From Gaiellaceae bacterium (GTDB taxonomy: Bacteria > Actinomycetota > Thermoleophilia > Gaiellales > Gaiellaceae), in NCBI GenBank assembly GCA_035702645.1, contig DASSQE010000044.1:9620-73619 (forward strand): a stretch of 64,000 nucleotides of DNA, given 5' to 3'. The notes beneath the pieces are model-generated. The model searched no databases. It saw only the letters and a list, made by a program, of their open reading frames with translations, and was not told the origin of the DNA. Each line of letters begins with the position of its first letter. Position 1 is the first letter of the stretch. A program made the position numbers and the translations under genes. Positions 1 through 10,381 of the stretch are shown here, piece after piece.

Positions 1-378
1 TTCGTCTGTCTCCACAACGCAGGTCGCTCGCAGATGAGCCAGGCGCTGTTCGAGCGCGCGGTGAACGGGGCGCACAGCGCGAGGTCAGCAGGTACGAGCC
101 CCGCGGAAAGTGTCCATCCGAGCGTGGTCGACGCGATGGGGGAGATCGGGATCGACCTCTCTCGTCTAAAGCCTCAGCTACTCACCAGCGATGTGGCAGA
201 GCAGGCAGACGTGGTCGTGACGATGGGCTGCGGTGACGCCTGCCCCGTCATTCCCGGCAAGCGCTACGTGGACTGGCGGTTGCCGGACCCGGGCGGGATG
301 ACGCTTGCCGACGTGCGCAACCTGCGGGACGAGATAGACGCGCGAGTCCGGGCGCTTGCCGCCCAGCTCGACCTCTAG
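1..378 (+). CDS. arsC: Arsenate reductase / low-molecular-weight phosphotyrosine phosphatase family, 5' end cut by the window edge
   Basis: Frame 1 is open from nt 1 (FVCLHNAGRSQM...), giving the CX5R-S P-loop just upstream of tracked ORF 34..378. The downstream GCGDACP and DWRLPDP segments are typical of LMW-PTP-type ArsC. Confidence 0.8.
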   Translation, partial: FVCLHNAGRSQMSQALFERAVNGAHSARSAGTSPAESVHPSVVDAMGEIGIDLSRLKPQLLTSDVAEQADVVVTMGCGDACPVIPGKRYVDWRLPDPGGMTLADVRNLRDEIDARVRALAAQLDL

Positions 379-1283
379 ATGATGGTCTTGCCGAGGGCGC
401 TCGCGACGAGCTCCACCGCCGTGAGCGCCGTCGTGTTCTCCCGGTCGAGGATCGGGTTCACCTCGACGACCTCGAGCGAGCGGACGAGGCCCGACTCCGC
501 TGCGAGCTCGAGCGCGAGGTGCGCCTCGCGGTAGGTGAGCCCACCACGCACGGGCGTGCCCACGCCGGGCGCGAGCTCCGGATCGAGAGCGTCCATGTCG
601 AGTGAGACGTGGACGAAGCCCGGGCCGGCGACGCGGTCGAGTGCCTCGTGCGTCGCACGCTCGATTCCGATCCGGTCGATCTCGCTCATGGAGAGCACGC
701 GGATGTCGCGCTCGCGGAGCAACCGCCGCTCCCCCTTGTCCAGCTCGCGGATGCCGAGGAGCGCGACGCGGCGCGGGTCGACCGCAGGCAGCGTCCACGA
801 GTCGCTCTCGAATCCCGGGCCGGCGATCCCGAGCGCTGCTGCCAGCCCCATCCCGTGCACGTTTCCGCTCGGGCTGGTCTCCGGCGTATTGGCATCGCCG
901 TGCGCGTCGATCCACAGGACGCCACCGGGCCCTTCCGCCGACGCGAGCCCGCCGAGCGTGCCGATCGCGACCGAGTGGTCGCCGCCGAGGACGAGCGGGA
1001 TCGCCTCGCGTCCGACCTCCTCGACGACCTTCGCCGCGATCCGTTCGCACGTTGCCTTGATCTCGGGGAGGAAGCGTGCGCGTTCGTCGCGGAGCGCCGT
1101 CGCCTCGGGCACGGCCGTCTCGACGTTCCCGTGGTCGCGGACGTTGAAGCCGAGGCTCTGGAGCCGCTCCTCGAGGCCCGCGTAGCGGATCGCCGACGGG
1201 CCCATGTCGACGCCGCGGCGGCTCTGGCCGAGGTCGAGCGCCGCACCGATGATCGCGACTTCGCCCTGTCGGTCGCCCGGCAC
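375..1283 (-). CDS. rocF: Arginase (ureohydrolase family)
   Basis: ORF 375..1367 carries canonical arginase motifs GGDHS, WIDAHGD and SLDMDALDP. The first 28 aa of the tracked ORF are Pro/Ser-rich filler. An in-frame GTG at 1283 (VPGDRQGEVAIIG) fits the usual N-terminus; the start lies somewhere in 1283-1367. Confidence 0.85.
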   Translation of the reverse strand: MPGDRQGEVAIIGAALDLGQSRRGVDMGPSAIRYAGLEERLQSLGFNVRDHGNVETAVPEATALRDERARFLPEIKATCERIAAKVVEEVGREAIPLVLGGDHSVAIGTLGGLASAEGPGGVLWIDAHGDANTPETSPSGNVHGMGLAAALGIAGPGFESDSWTLPAVDPRRVALLGIRELDKGERRLLRERDIRVLSMSEIDRIGIERATHEALDRVAGPGFVHVSLDMDALDPELAPGVGTPVRGGLTYREAHLALELAAESGLVRSLEVVEVNPILDRENTTALTAVELVASALGKTII

Positions 1284-1315
1284 GACCCGGAACGCTATGC
1301 GATCCTCGCCGAGAG

Positions 1316-2173
1316 ATGGCGTCGAAGCGCGACTGCTGGGCGGATTGGGTGTCGAGCATGCGTCCATGCGCGGACGCCCCCGATCACCCCCACTGGCGAT
1401 GGCGTGATCGCGTGCTCGACAACGCCGGACCCATGGCGCACGAGACCACCGTGCTCGATGTCGGCTGCGGCGAGGGCTTGATCGGATTCGGAGCGCTCGA
1501 ACGAGGTGCCGGAGACGTCGTCTTCAGCGACATCTCGAGCGATCTCCTCGGCGTCTGCCGCGCGAGAGCACTCGAGCTCGGTATCGCCGACCGCTGCCGC
1601 TTCGTCCAGGCGCCGGCCGAGCATCTCGGTCCGATCGAGAGCGAGTCCGTCGACGTGGCGGCGACGCGCTCCGTCCTGATCTACGTCGCGGACAAGGCCG
1701 CGGCGTTCCGCGAGCTCGCTCGGGTACTCCGACCGGAGGGACGCGTCTCGCTCTTCGAGCCGATCAATCGCTTCGCCCGGACGAGCGGCGATACGTGGGC
1801 GGGGTACGACCTCAGCGCGATTCCGAAAATCTCGCGCAAGGTCCGGGCGGTCTACGACGAGCTCCAGCCTCCGGACACCGATCCGATGCTGGACTTCGAC
1901 GAGCGCGACCTGGTGCGGTTGGCAGAGGCCTCCGGCTTCTTCCCCATCCATCTCGAGCTCTCTGCGGAGATCGAACGAACGAAGCCGGTTGACTGGGACG
2001 ATTTCGTCTCGCGGGCCTGGAATCCGCGCATCCCGTCGCTTCTCGATGTGATGGAGCAGACCCTGACATCGGGGGAGCGAGAGCAGCTGACAGCGCACCT
2101 CGGGCCGCTCGTCGAAGCGGGTGCCGGCGTCCACCGGATGGCGCTCGCACTTCTGTGGGGAACGAAGGCGTAG
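1316..2173 (+). CDS. Class I SAM-dependent methyltransferase
   Basis: Motif I VLDVGCGEG followed by an acidic loop (VVFSDIS). The start is uncertain: candidates at 1316, 1355 and 1433, and the longest would nearly abut the divergent arginase start. Confidence 0.7.
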   Translation: MASKRDCWADWVSSMRPCADAPDHPHWRWRDRVLDNAGPMAHETTVLDVGCGEGLIGFGALERGAGDVVFSDISSDLLGVCRARALELGIADRCRFVQAPAEHLGPIESESVDVAATRSVLIYVADKAAAFRELARVLRPEGRVSLFEPINRFARTSGDTWAGYDLSAIPKISRKVRAVYDELQPPDTDPMLDFDERDLVRLAEASGFFPIHLELSAEIERTKPVDWDDFVSRAWNPRIPSLLDVMEQTLTSGEREQLTAHLGPLVEAGAGVHRMALALLWGTKA

Positions 2174-2198
2174 AGACGAGGCTAGACTGAGGCGCCGC

Positions 2199-2271
2199 GG
2201 CGAGGTAGCTCAGTCGGTAGAGCACACGGCTGAAAACCGTGGTGTCGCCGGTTCGATTCCGGCCCTCGCCA
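2199..2271 (+). tRNA. tRNA-Phe: tRNA-Phe (anticodon GAA)
   Basis: Hand-folded cloverleaf. Acceptor GGCGAGG/CCTCGCC plus discriminator A, D-arm TAGCTCAGTCGGTAGAGC, anticodon loop CTGAAAA, T-arm GCCGGTTCGATTCCGGC. CCA is not encoded. Confidence 0.93.
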
Positions 2272-2303
2272 TCTCGCAGCGCGTAGCCGTGTAGCGTCGC
2301 CTC

Positions 2304-3701
2304 ATGGAGCTCCCGTTCGCGTCCGCGCTCGAGCAGGCACGGCTCGTCCGGAACGGCGAGGTCTCGTCGACCGAGCTCGTCGAGCTCTCACTGGAGCGGA
2401 TCGAGCGGATCGATTCGGAGCTGAACGCGTTCGTCACCGTTTGCGCGGAAGAGGCGATCGCCGAAGCGCGCGCGATCGACGAGCGCGCTCGCCCGGACGA
2501 AGCGCCGTTTCGGGGAGTGCCGATCGCGGTGAAGGACCTGGCGGCAACGGCGGGCATCCGCACCACGTATTCGTCCCGCGCGTTCGCCGACTTCGTCCCC
2601 GACTTCGACACTGCCGTCGTCCGCCGGCTCCGCGAGGCCGGGTTCGTCATCGTGGGCAAGACGAACACGCCCGAGTTCGGAACGACGGCGTTCACGGAGT
2701 CGGAGCTGAACGGAGCCACGCGGAATCCGTGGAGCCCCGAGCGGACGCCCGGCGGCTCGAGCGGTGGCGCGGCAGCCGCGCTGGCGGCGGGTCTCGTCCC
2801 GATCGCGCACGGCTCGGACGGCGGCGGCTCGATCCGCATCCCCGCTTCGTGCTGCGGCCTCGTCGGACTGAAGCCGTCGCGCGGGCGGGTCTCGGCGGCG
2901 CCGTTCATGTCGTTTGAGGGGCTCTCGACATCGGCTCCACTCGCCCGTTCGGTCGCCGACGCCGCGGCGCTGCTCGACGTCATGACGGGCTACGAGCCGG
3001 GAGATCCGTGGTGGGCGCCGCCGCCGGAGAGACCCTTCCTCGCGGAAGCGCTCGTCCCGCCAGGCCGGCTCCGGATCGCGGCCACCTCCACTCCGCCGAT
3101 GGACGTACCCGTCGACCGCGAATGCGTCTCCGCGCTGACGAGCGCCTCGGCCCTTCTCTCCGACCTCGGGCACGACGTCGTCGAACGGACGCCTCCGTGG
3201 AGGGAGCCCGACATCGCACTCACCTTCATCGGCGTCTGGCAAGTCGGCCCCGCACTCCACCCCGTCGAGGACCTCTCGCTCCTGACGCCGCTCAACCGCG
3301 AGCTGATCGAAGCCGCACACGCGACCTCGTCGGCCGATTACGCGCGTGCCGTGGTTCGGCTCCAGCTCTTCGCGCGGCGGGTGGTCGCGTTCTGGGAGGA
3401 GGTCGACGTCGTCCTCACGCCGACGCTCGCGCTGCCACCGGTCCCGATCGGCTGGCAGGAGAGGGGCGTCGAGGGAGCTGTCGAGCAGCTGCTGCGGAAC
3501 GTCGAGTTCACGCCGTTCACCGCGGTCGCGAACGTCACCGGCCTCCCGGCGATCTCGCTTCCGCTCCACTGGACCGAGGACGGGCTCCCGATCGGGGTTC
3601 AAGCGATCGGCCCGCCGGGCGGGGATGCGCTCCTCGTTCGTCTGGCTGCACAGATCGAGGAAGCCCGGCCGTGGGCCGACCGGCGGCCGTCCAGCTCCTG
3701 A
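2304..3701 (+). CDS. Amidase-signature family amidase
   Basis: 465 aa with the Gly/Ser-rich AS signature GGSSGGAAAALAAG...GSDGGGSIRIPAS. Substrate cannot be inferred. Confidence 0.85.
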   Translation: MELPFASALEQARLVRNGEVSSTELVELSLERIERIDSELNAFVTVCAEEAIAEARAIDERARPDEAPFRGVPIAVKDLAATAGIRTTYSSRAFADFVPDFDTAVVRRLREAGFVIVGKTNTPEFGTTAFTESELNGATRNPWSPERTPGGSSGGAAAALAAGLVPIAHGSDGGGSIRIPASCCGLVGLKPSRGRVSAAPFMSFEGLSTSAPLARSVADAAALLDVMTGYEPGDPWWAPPPERPFLAEALVPPGRLRIAATSTPPMDVPVDRECVSALTSASALLSDLGHDVVERTPPWREPDIALTFIGVWQVGPALHPVEDLSLLTPLNRELIEAAHATSSADYARAVVRLQLFARRVVAFWEEVDVVLTPTLALPPVPIGWQERGVEGAVEQLLRNVEFTPFTAVANVTGLPAISLPLHWTEDGLPIGVQAIGPPGGDALLVRLAAQIEEARPWADRRPSSS

Positions 3702-3720
3702 GAGTTCCCCGCGCCGGTGT

Positions 3721-4440
3721 CTACCGCGCAGGCTCCTCTCGGTCCGCACGCGCTGGGACCGCGTAGCGCCGCCGGTAGAGGACGTACGGCCGGCCGAGGT
3801 ACTGGAACGGGATGCTCCAGGCGTGCACCAGTCGGCTGAACGGCCAGAGTGCGAACAGGAGCCACGCGACCGCCGCGTGCAGCTGATACACGACCGGCGC
3901 GTCCGTCATCAGCTCGGGCTGCGGGTCGTGGAAGAGCGAGCGGAACCAGGGCGCGACGGTCTCGCGATAGTCGTAGCCGGAGCCGAAGACGTTGTACGCG
4001 AGCACCTCGACCTCGCCCAGCACGATCATGGCTGCGAGCAGCACGTACACCGCGATGTCGGTGTTCGTCGTCGTCACCCGCACCCGGGGGACACTCGCGC
4101 GCCGGTAGACGAGAATCGCGAGCCCGGCGAGACAGACGAGGCCGGAGATGCCGCCGGCGATCCCCGCGAGGTGGTGGTAGGCGCTCTCCGAGATGCCGAG
4201 AGCCTCGGTCACGCTCTTCGGGACGAGGATGCCGAGGACGTGTCCCAGGATCACCGCGATCGCTCCCCAGTGGAAGAGATTCGAGCCCCAGGCGAGGAGA
4301 CGGCTCTCGAGGAGCTGCGTTGAGCGGCTCGTCCAACCGAGCTGGTCGCGCCGGTAGCGCCACACGTGGCCGCCGACGAAGAGCGCCAGCGCGACGTACG
4401 GCAGGACGAGCCAGACGTAGAGCTGGGCTGCGTGGCTCAT
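3721..4440 (-). CDS. narI: Respiratory nitrate reductase gamma subunit
   Basis: 239 aa polytopic protein with a NarI-like N-terminus (LPYVALALFVGGHVWRYRRDQ..WTSRSTQLLE) and conserved His residues. It is the last gene of narGHJI and overlaps narJ by 4 nt. Confidence 0.9.
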   Translation of the reverse strand: MSHAAQLYVWLVLPYVALALFVGGHVWRYRRDQLGWTSRSTQLLESRLLAWGSNLFHWGAIAVILGHVLGILVPKSVTEALGISESAYHHLAGIAGGISGLVCLAGLAILVYRRASVPRVRVTTTNTDIAVYVLLAAMIVLGEVEVLAYNVFGSGYDYRETVAPWFRSLFHDPQPELMTDAPVVYQLHAAVAWLLFALWPFSRLVHAWSIPFQYLGRPYVLYRRRYAVPARADREEPAR

Positions 4441-5054
4441 CGCCGGGCTCCGCCGACCGGCATCACCTCGGGCGGGGCGAACGGCTCGAGCCCGACCTGC
4501 TCCTCGGGCGGCCCTTCGGCGAGCAGCCGGCGGACGCGCTCACGCTCGAGCGCGACCAGGTGCGGGAGCCCGCTGGAGAGCCGTTCCAGGAGCGGCGCCC
4601 ACGGGCTGTCGAGCTCCTGCAACCGCAAGCGGAGGAGCTCGATACCGATCCGGTGCTCCCGGAGCAGCGTCTCCCCGTAGCCGTCCGGAGCGCACGCCGC
4701 GAACTCGAGCAGCACCGGCAGGAAGTCCGGAAGCTCGTCGGCGTCGAGCGGGAGCCCAGCGGCCGTATACAGACGCTTGAGCCGGAGCAGAGCGAGACCG
4801 CGCTTCCGCGTGTCGCCGTGGAGGTAATAGGTGAGGTGCAGGCTCGTCCGGCGGTCGAGGTCGAACGTCTCCACGTACCTGCGCTGCCGCTCGGCCAGAG
4901 GCGTCTTCCGCCACCAGGTCCAGAACTGCTCCAGCCCGTCCCCACCATCGAGGGCAAGCGCAGCCGCCGCCTCGTCGAGCTCCCCGGTCGGGTAGTCGAG
5001 GAGGAGGGAGAGGAGCGCGTAGGGAGGCGCGGCGCGAGTCGCCCGCCTCTTCAT
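4437..5054 (-). CDS. narJ: Nitrate reductase molybdenum cofactor assembly chaperone
   Basis: Internal ATG at 5054 (MKRRATRAAPPYALLSLLLDYP...) of tracked ORF 4437..5855. It has NarJ-like content (YVETFDL, LPDFLPVLLEF) and ATGA-type overlaps with narH and narI. The upstream part of the tracked ORF is off-frame narH. Confidence 0.85.
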   Translation of the reverse strand: MKRRATRAAPPYALLSLLLDYPTGELDEAAAALALDGGDGLEQFWTWWRKTPLAERQRRYVETFDLDRRTSLHLTYYLHGDTRKRGLALLRLKRLYTAAGLPLDADELPDFLPVLLEFAACAPDGYGETLLREHRIGIELLRLRLQELDSPWAPLLERLSSGLPHLVALERERVRRLLAEGPPEEQVGLEPFAPPEVMPVGGARR

Positions 5055-6577
5055 CGCCCGTCTCCCACCATCTTCAGCCGCCGGCCTGAAGGTTGCCGCG
5101 CCGTCGGATACCCCACCGACCCCGCTCCACCGGGACCACCCTCGAGCGAGCAGCCTGCGTGCTCGGCCTCGAGCCGCGCGGCCAGCTCCGTGTGTGCCTT
5201 CGGGATGACGTAACGATCCTCGTACTTCGCGATCGCGAGCAGGCGGTACATCGCCTCGAGCTCCGACGTGTCGAGCCCGACGGAGCCGGCAAGCTCCTCG
5301 TCGCGCTCGCCACCGAGCTGGAGCGCGCGCATCACCCCGCGCATCGCCGCCAGCCGGCGCAGGACGCGCCGGATCGCCTCCGCGTCTCCCGCCGTGAGCA
5401 GGTTCGCGAGGTACTCGACCGGGATGCGCATGCGCTCGATGGCCGGGAACACGTCGTCGGGGTCGGAGTCGTAGCCCTCCACGGCGAGGGCACCGTCGAT
5501 CGGGGAGAGGGGTGGCACGTACCAGACCATCGGCAGCGTCCGGTACTCGGGGTGGAGGGGCAGCGCGACCCTCCAGTCCACGGCGAGCTTGTAGACGGGC
5601 GAGCGCGCCGCCGCGTCGAGCCAGTCGTCCGCGATTCCTTGCTCGCTCGCGGCTCGCTGCACGTCCGGGTCCCGCGGGTCGAGGAAGAGCGAGAGCTGGG
5701 ACTCGAGCAGATCCTGCGGATCGGTGACGGACGCCGCCTCGACGACTCGGTCGGCGTCGTAGAGCACGAGGCCGAGGTAGCGGAGCCGCCCGACGCACGT
5801 CTCCGAGCAGACCGTGGGGAGCCCGACCTCGAGGCGCGGGTAGCAGAGCGTGCACTTCTCAGCCTTGCCGCTTCGGTGGTTGAAGTACACCTTCTTGTAG
5901 GGACAACCGGAGACGCAGAAGCGCCAGGCGCGGCACTTGTCCTGGTCGACGAGCACGACCCCGTCCTCCTCGCGCTTGTACATCGCTCCCGACGGGCAGC
6001 TCGCGACGCAGCTCGGGTTGAGGCAGTGCTCGCAGATCCGCGGGAGGTAGAACATGAACGCTTCCTCGTACTCCATGCGGACGCGCTCCTCGAGACCGGC
6101 GAGGTCGGGGTCGCCGAGCGCATGCTCGGGAGCACCCGCGAGGTTGTCGTCCCAGTTCGGCCCCGACCGAACGCGCACGGGCTCGCCGGTGAGCTGCGAG
6201 CGCGGGGTCGCCACCGGGTCGTGCTGCGAGACGGGGGCGGAGATCAGGGTCTCGTAGTCGTAGGTCCAGGGCTCGTAGTAGTCGTCGATCGTCGGCAGGT
6301 CCGGGTTCCAGAAGATCGTCAGCAGCCGCCGCAGCTGACTGCCGCCCTTGAGGCGAAGCCGCCCCTTGCGATCGAGCTCCCAGCCTCCCCGCCACTCCTC
6401 GTTCGCCTCCCAGCGGCGCGGGTAGCCGAGCCCGGGCTTCGTCTCGACGTTGTTGAACCACACGTACTCCGTGCCCGGCCGGTTGGTCCACACCTGCTTG
6501 CAGGTCACCGAGCACGTGTGGCAGCCGATGCACTTGTCGAGGTTCATCACCATCGCCACCTGCGCGCGGACGAGCAT
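5051..6577 (-). CDS. narH: Respiratory nitrate reductase beta (Fe-S) subunit
   Basis: Begins [27 protein letters not shown], the classic NarH N-terminus, with further Cys clusters (CEHCLNPSCVASCPSGA, CRAWRFCVSGCPY). The ATG overlaps the narG stop by 1 nt (TGATG). Confidence 0.95.
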   Translation of the reverse strand: MLVRAQVAMVMNLDKCIGCHTCSVTCKQVWTNRPGTEYVWFNNVETKPGLGYPRRWEANEEWRGGWELDRKGRLRLKGGSQLRRLLTIFWNPDLPTIDDYYEPWTYDYETLISAPVSQHDPVATPRSQLTGEPVRVRSGPNWDDNLAGAPEHALGDPDLAGLEERVRMEYEEAFMFYLPRICEHCLNPSCVASCPSGAMYKREEDGVVLVDQDKCRAWRFCVSGCPYKKVYFNHRSGKAEKCTLCYPRLEVGLPTVCSETCVGRLRYLGLVLYDADRVVEAASVTDPQDLLESQLSLFLDPRDPDVQRAASEQGIADDWLDAAARSPVYKLAVDWRVALPLHPEYRTLPMVWYVPPLSPIDGALAVEGYDSDPDDVFPAIERMRIPVEYLANLLTAGDAEAIRRVLRRLAAMRGVMRALQLGGERDEELAGSVGLDTSELEAMYRLLAIAKYEDRYVIPKAHTELAARLEAEHAGCSLEGGPGGAGSVGYPTARQPSGRRLKMVGDGR

Positions 6578-9500
6578 CAGAACCGCACCTCCTGGGAGCG
6601 GCGCCGGAGGACGGTCACCTCGTCGCGCTGGGAGCCCGTCGGCCCGTGGTAGTTGAACGCGTACGAGAGCTGCGCGTAGCCGCCGACCAGGTGCGACGGC
6701 TTGAACACGATGCGGGTCAGCGAGTTGTCCGTGCCTCCGCGCTGACGCGAGGTCTCGGTCAGCGGCACGTTCAGGTGCCGGTCCTTCGAGTGGTACATGA
6801 AGCACGTTCCCTGCGGGATCCGGTGCGAGACGGCGGCACGGCACGCGATCACGCCGTTGCGGTTGACGGCCTCGACCCAGTCGTCGTCGGAGATCCCGAG
6901 CGCGTCGGCGTCCTCGCGGCTGATCCAGAGCGACTTGCCGCCGCGGAAGAGGGTCAGCATGTGCAGGTTGTCCTGGTACTCGGAGTGGATCGACCACTTC
7001 GAGTGCGGGGTGAGATAGCGGAGCGTCACCTCACGCTCTCCGTCCCGCGCGCCCTGGTCGCCGAAGTGGCGCCGGTAGGCGAGCGGCGGCCGGTAGACGG
7101 GCAGGCCCTCGCCGAGCTCGAGCAGCCAGGCGTGATCGAGATACAGGTGCTGGCGGCCGGAGAGGGTGTGCCAGGGCTTGTCCCGCTCGACGTTCATCGT
7201 GAAGGGGGAGTAGCGGCGGCCGTGCGCCTCGATCCCCGACCACTCGGGCGAGGTGATGACCGTGCGCGGCTGGACCTGTGCGTCTGCGAGCGTGATCCGA
7301 TCTCCGCCGCGCGGTTCGGCGAGATCGGCGAGCTGGACTCCGGTCCGGCGCTCGAGGGCGCGGAACCCTTCCACCGCGATGCGTCCGTTGGTCGTGCCCG
7401 AGAGCGCGAGGATCGCCTCGCAGGCGTGCTCGACGCGCTCGAGCGACGGCCGGCCGTCGGCCGGGCCTCCGCGGACGACGCCGTTCGCGGCGCGCAAGAG
7501 CTCGACCTCCTCGAGCGGCTTCCAGGACGCGCCCTTCACGGCGGAACCGAGCTCCTCGACGAGCGGCCCGAGCGCGTGCAGCTTCGCCCCGACGGCCGGA
7601 TAGTCGCGCTCCACGACGATCAGCTTCGGCAGCGTCCGCCCCGGCACGGGCTCGCACTCCTCGGCTCGCCAGTCCAGCACCTCGCCGAAGGGCTGCGCCA
7701 CCTCGTCGGGAGTGTCGTGCGCCAGCGGTGAGGCGACGAGGTCACGTCGAACGCCGAGGTGCGTCTCGGCGAGCTCCGAGAAGCGCTCGGCGACGAGGCC
7801 GAACGCGTCCCAGTCCGACTTCGTCTCCCAGGGCGGCGTGATCGCCGCGTTGAAGGTGTGAACGAACGGGTGCAGGTCCGTCGAAGAGAGGTCCACCTTC
7901 TCGTACCACGTCGCCGCCGGCAGGACGACGTCCGAGAAGAGGGCGTTCGACGTCATGCGGAAGTCGATCGTCGTGAAGAGGTCGAGCTTCCCGTGGGGCG
8001 CCTCGTCGCGCCAGGCGACCTCGCTCGGCCGCAGCCCGGGCGGAGACTCCTTCGCCCGCACGGCGTCCTGCGTCGTGCCCAGCAGATGGCGGAGGAAGTA
8101 CTCGTGTCCCTTCGCCGACGAGCCGAGGACGTTCGCCCTCCAGACGGTGAGGACGCGCGGCCAGCTCTCCGGGTCGTCCGGGTCCTCGCAGGCGAAGCGG
8201 AGACGCCCCTCGCGGAGCTCCCGGACGGCGTGCTCGGCGGGCTCGAGCCCCGCGGCCGCGGCCTCGTCGCAAAGGTCGAGGGTCGAGCGGTCGAAGCTCG
8301 GGAACGAAGGCAGCCAGCCGAGTCGTGCGGCGAGCGCGTTCAGGTCTGCGAGCGCGCGGCCGCGGAAGAGACCGCGCCCGAGCGGGGAGGCCAGCTCTTC
8401 GGTCCCGAAGCCCTCGTAGCGCCACTGGTCGGTCGCGAGGTAGAAGAACGGCGTCGCCGCCTGCTGGCGGGGCGGGCGGACCCAGTCGGTCGCGAACGCC
8501 AGCGTCTGCCACCCGGCGAGCGGGCGGACCTTCTCCTGGCCGACGTAGTGGGCCCAACCGCCGCCGTTCACTCCTTCGCAGCCGCAGAGCAGCACGAGCG
8601 CGAGGAACGAGCGGTAGACCTGGTCGGAGTGGAACCAGTGGTTGGTGCCGGCGCCCATCGCGATCATCGAGCGCCCCTGCGTGAGCTCGGCGTTGCGGGC
8701 GAACTCGCGCGCGACCCGGACGCAGTCGTGCCGGTCGACCGACGTCAGCTCCTCCTGCCAGGCGGGAGTGCAGGGGAGCGGATCGTCGTAGCCTTCGGGC
8801 CACTCTCCCGGTAGCCCTTCCCGCCCGACGCCGTACTGGGCCAGGAGCAGGTCGTACACGGTGGTCACGACCCGCCCGCCGATCTCGAGCGTCGGGACGC
8901 CGCGACGCATCGTCCCTCCCCCCTCGGTGTCGCCGATGTCGAAACGCGGAAGGTCGACCGCCGTCGCCGCGCCGCGCCCGTACAGGCTGAGCGCGGGCTC
9001 GACACCGTCGAGGCGAAGGTTCCAGCGACCCTCGTCACCGTCGGCATAGCGGTGGCCGACGGAGCCCGTCGGCACCACGGGCTCGCCCGTCCGCTCGTCG
9101 AGGAGCACGGGCTTCCACTCCGCCAGCTCCTCGTCCGAGCCGAGGTCGGAAGCGCGCAGGAGGCGGTCCGGGACGTGGACACCGTCCCGCTCCCTCAGGG
9201 TGGCGAGCAACGGCAGGTCGGTGAACCGGCGGACGTAGTCGACGAAGTAGGGAACCTGACGCTCGACGTAGAGCTCCTTCAGGATCACGTGGCCCATTGC
9301 GAGCGCGAGCGCAGCGTCGGTACCGGGCTGCGCCGGGAGCCACTGGTCGGCGAACTTGACGTGCTCGGCGTAGTCGGGCGAGACCACGACCACTTTCTGG
9401 CCGCGGTACCGCGCCTCGGTCATGAAGTGCGCGTCGGGCGTCCTCGTCGTGGGCAGGTTCGTCCCCCAGACGAGCAGGTAGCCGGCGTTCCACCAGTCGC

Positions 9501-10284
9501 CCGACTCGGGGACGTCGGTCTGGTCGCCGAAGGTCTGCGGCGACGCGACCGGCAGGTCGGCATACCAGTCGTAGAAGGAGAGGATCACCCCGCCGATGAG
9601 CGCGAGGAAGCGGGTCCCGGACGCGTACGAGGCCATCGACATCGCCGGGATGGGCGTGAAGCCGGCGACACGGTCGGGCCCGTAGCGGCGAATCGTGTGC
9701 ACGTGCGCCGAGGCGATCAAGTCGACGGCGTCCTCCCAGGACGCGCGCACGAAGCCGCCCTTTCCGCGCTGCGACTGGTAGAGCCGGCGCCGCTCGGGAT
9801 CGTCGGCGATCGCCGCCCACGCCTCGACCGAGTCGCCGAGTCGTGCGCGTTCCGAGCGGAAGAGCTCGAGCAGGCTGCCGCGCACGTACGGGTAGCGGAG
9901 CCGGAGAGGGGAGTACGTGTACCAGGAGAAGGACGCGCCCCTCGGGCAGCCCCGCGGCTCGTACTCCGGCATGTCCGGCCCCGTCGAGGGATAGTCGACT
10001 GCCTGGGTCTCCCAGGTGATGATGCCGTCCTTCACGTAGACGTTCCACGAGCACGAGCCGGTGCAGTTGACCCCGTGTGTCGAACGAACGATCCGGTCGT
10101 GCTGCCAGCGCTCGCGGTAGAACGACTCGGCCTCGCGCCCCTTCGAGACGAGCTGGCTCCAGCCCTCGGCCGAGACCGGCCCTCGACGGAGGAAGCGGTG
10201 TGCGGGGCGAAGCGTCGAACGGAGCGTGGCGTCGAGGGCGTCCTCGCCCGGGACGGGCTTGGCGCTGCTGACGCGGCGGGCCAT
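6577..10284 (-). CDS. narG: Respiratory nitrate reductase alpha (molybdopterin) subunit
   Basis: 1235 aa with the FS0 cluster motif [11 protein letters not shown] near the N-terminus. NarG-length molybdopterin oxidoreductase followed by narHJI. GGGAG Shine-Dalgarno before the ATG. Confidence 0.95.
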   Translation of the reverse strand: MARRVSSAKPVPGEDALDATLRSTLRPAHRFLRRGPVSAEGWSQLVSKGREAESFYRERWQHDRIVRSTHGVNCTGSCSWNVYVKDGIITWETQAVDYPSTGPDMPEYEPRGCPRGASFSWYTYSPLRLRYPYVRGSLLELFRSERARLGDSVEAWAAIADDPERRRLYQSQRGKGGFVRASWEDAVDLIASAHVHTIRRYGPDRVAGFTPIPAMSMASYASGTRFLALIGGVILSFYDWYADLPVASPQTFGDQTDVPESGDWWNAGYLLVWGTNLPTTRTPDAHFMTEARYRGQKVVVVSPDYAEHVKFADQWLPAQPGTDAALALAMGHVILKELYVERQVPYFVDYVRRFTDLPLLATLRERDGVHVPDRLLRASDLGSDEELAEWKPVLLDERTGEPVVPTGSVGHRYADGDEGRWNLRLDGVEPALSLYGRGAATAVDLPRFDIGDTEGGGTMRRGVPTLEIGGRVVTTVYDLLLAQYGVGREGLPGEWPEGYDDPLPCTPAWQEELTSVDRHDCVRVAREFARNAELTQGRSMIAMGAGTNHWFHSDQVYRSFLALVLLCGCEGVNGGGWAHYVGQEKVRPLAGWQTLAFATDWVRPPRQQAATPFFYLATDQWRYEGFGTEELASPLGRGLFRGRALADLNALAARLGWLPSFPSFDRSTLDLCDEAAAAGLEPAEHAVRELREGRLRFACEDPDDPESWPRVLTVWRANVLGSSAKGHEYFLRHLLGTTQDAVRAKESPPGLRPSEVAWRDEAPHGKLDLFTTIDFRMTSNALFSDVVLPAATWYEKVDLSSTDLHPFVHTFNAAITPPWETKSDWDAFGLVAERFSELAETHLGVRRDLVASPLAHDTPDEVAQPFGEVLDWRAEECEPVPGRTLPKLIVVERDYPAVGAKLHALGPLVEELGSAVKGASWKPLEEVELLRAANGVVRGGPADGRPSLERVEHACEAILALSGTTNGRIAVEGFRALERRTGVQLADLAEPRGGDRITLADAQVQPRTVITSPEWSGIEAHGRRYSPFTMNVERDKPWHTLSGRQHLYLDHAWLLELGEGLPVYRPPLAYRRHFGDQGARDGEREVTLRYLTPHSKWSIHSEYQDNLHMLTLFRGGKSLWISREDADALGISDDDWVEAVNRNGVIACRAAVSHRIPQGTCFMYHSKDRHLNVPLTETSRQRGGTDNSLTRIVFKPSHLVGGYAQLSYAFNYHGPTGSQRDEVTVLRRRSQEVRF

Positions 10285-10381
10285 GCTCCCGTCAGCCTAC
10301 GAGACGCAGCTCGAGCTCGGCGGGAGAACCGGGCACGCAGCCCCGCGGCGACGCCTCCGAGTGACGGGCCGCGCCCGCGCC

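Noticed and set aside
2150-2300. tRNA-Phe and tRNA-Ile (25144) as integration hotspots with adjacent mobile DNA
   Set aside because: No integrase, direct repeat of the tRNA 3' end, or compositional shift flanks either tRNA. The neighbouring genes are ordinary metabolic or partition genes.
5055-5855. N-terminal extensions of tracked ORFs, for example narJ to 5855, narH to 6997, moeA to 21322, the Ppm1-like GT2 to 62257, fabG from 46089 and the arginase-fold gene from 49378
   Set aside because: The extensions run through neighbouring genes in another frame and are Arg/Pro-rich. Internal starts give 1- or 4-nt overlaps or good Shine-Dalgarno sequences, and they give N-termini matching the families.
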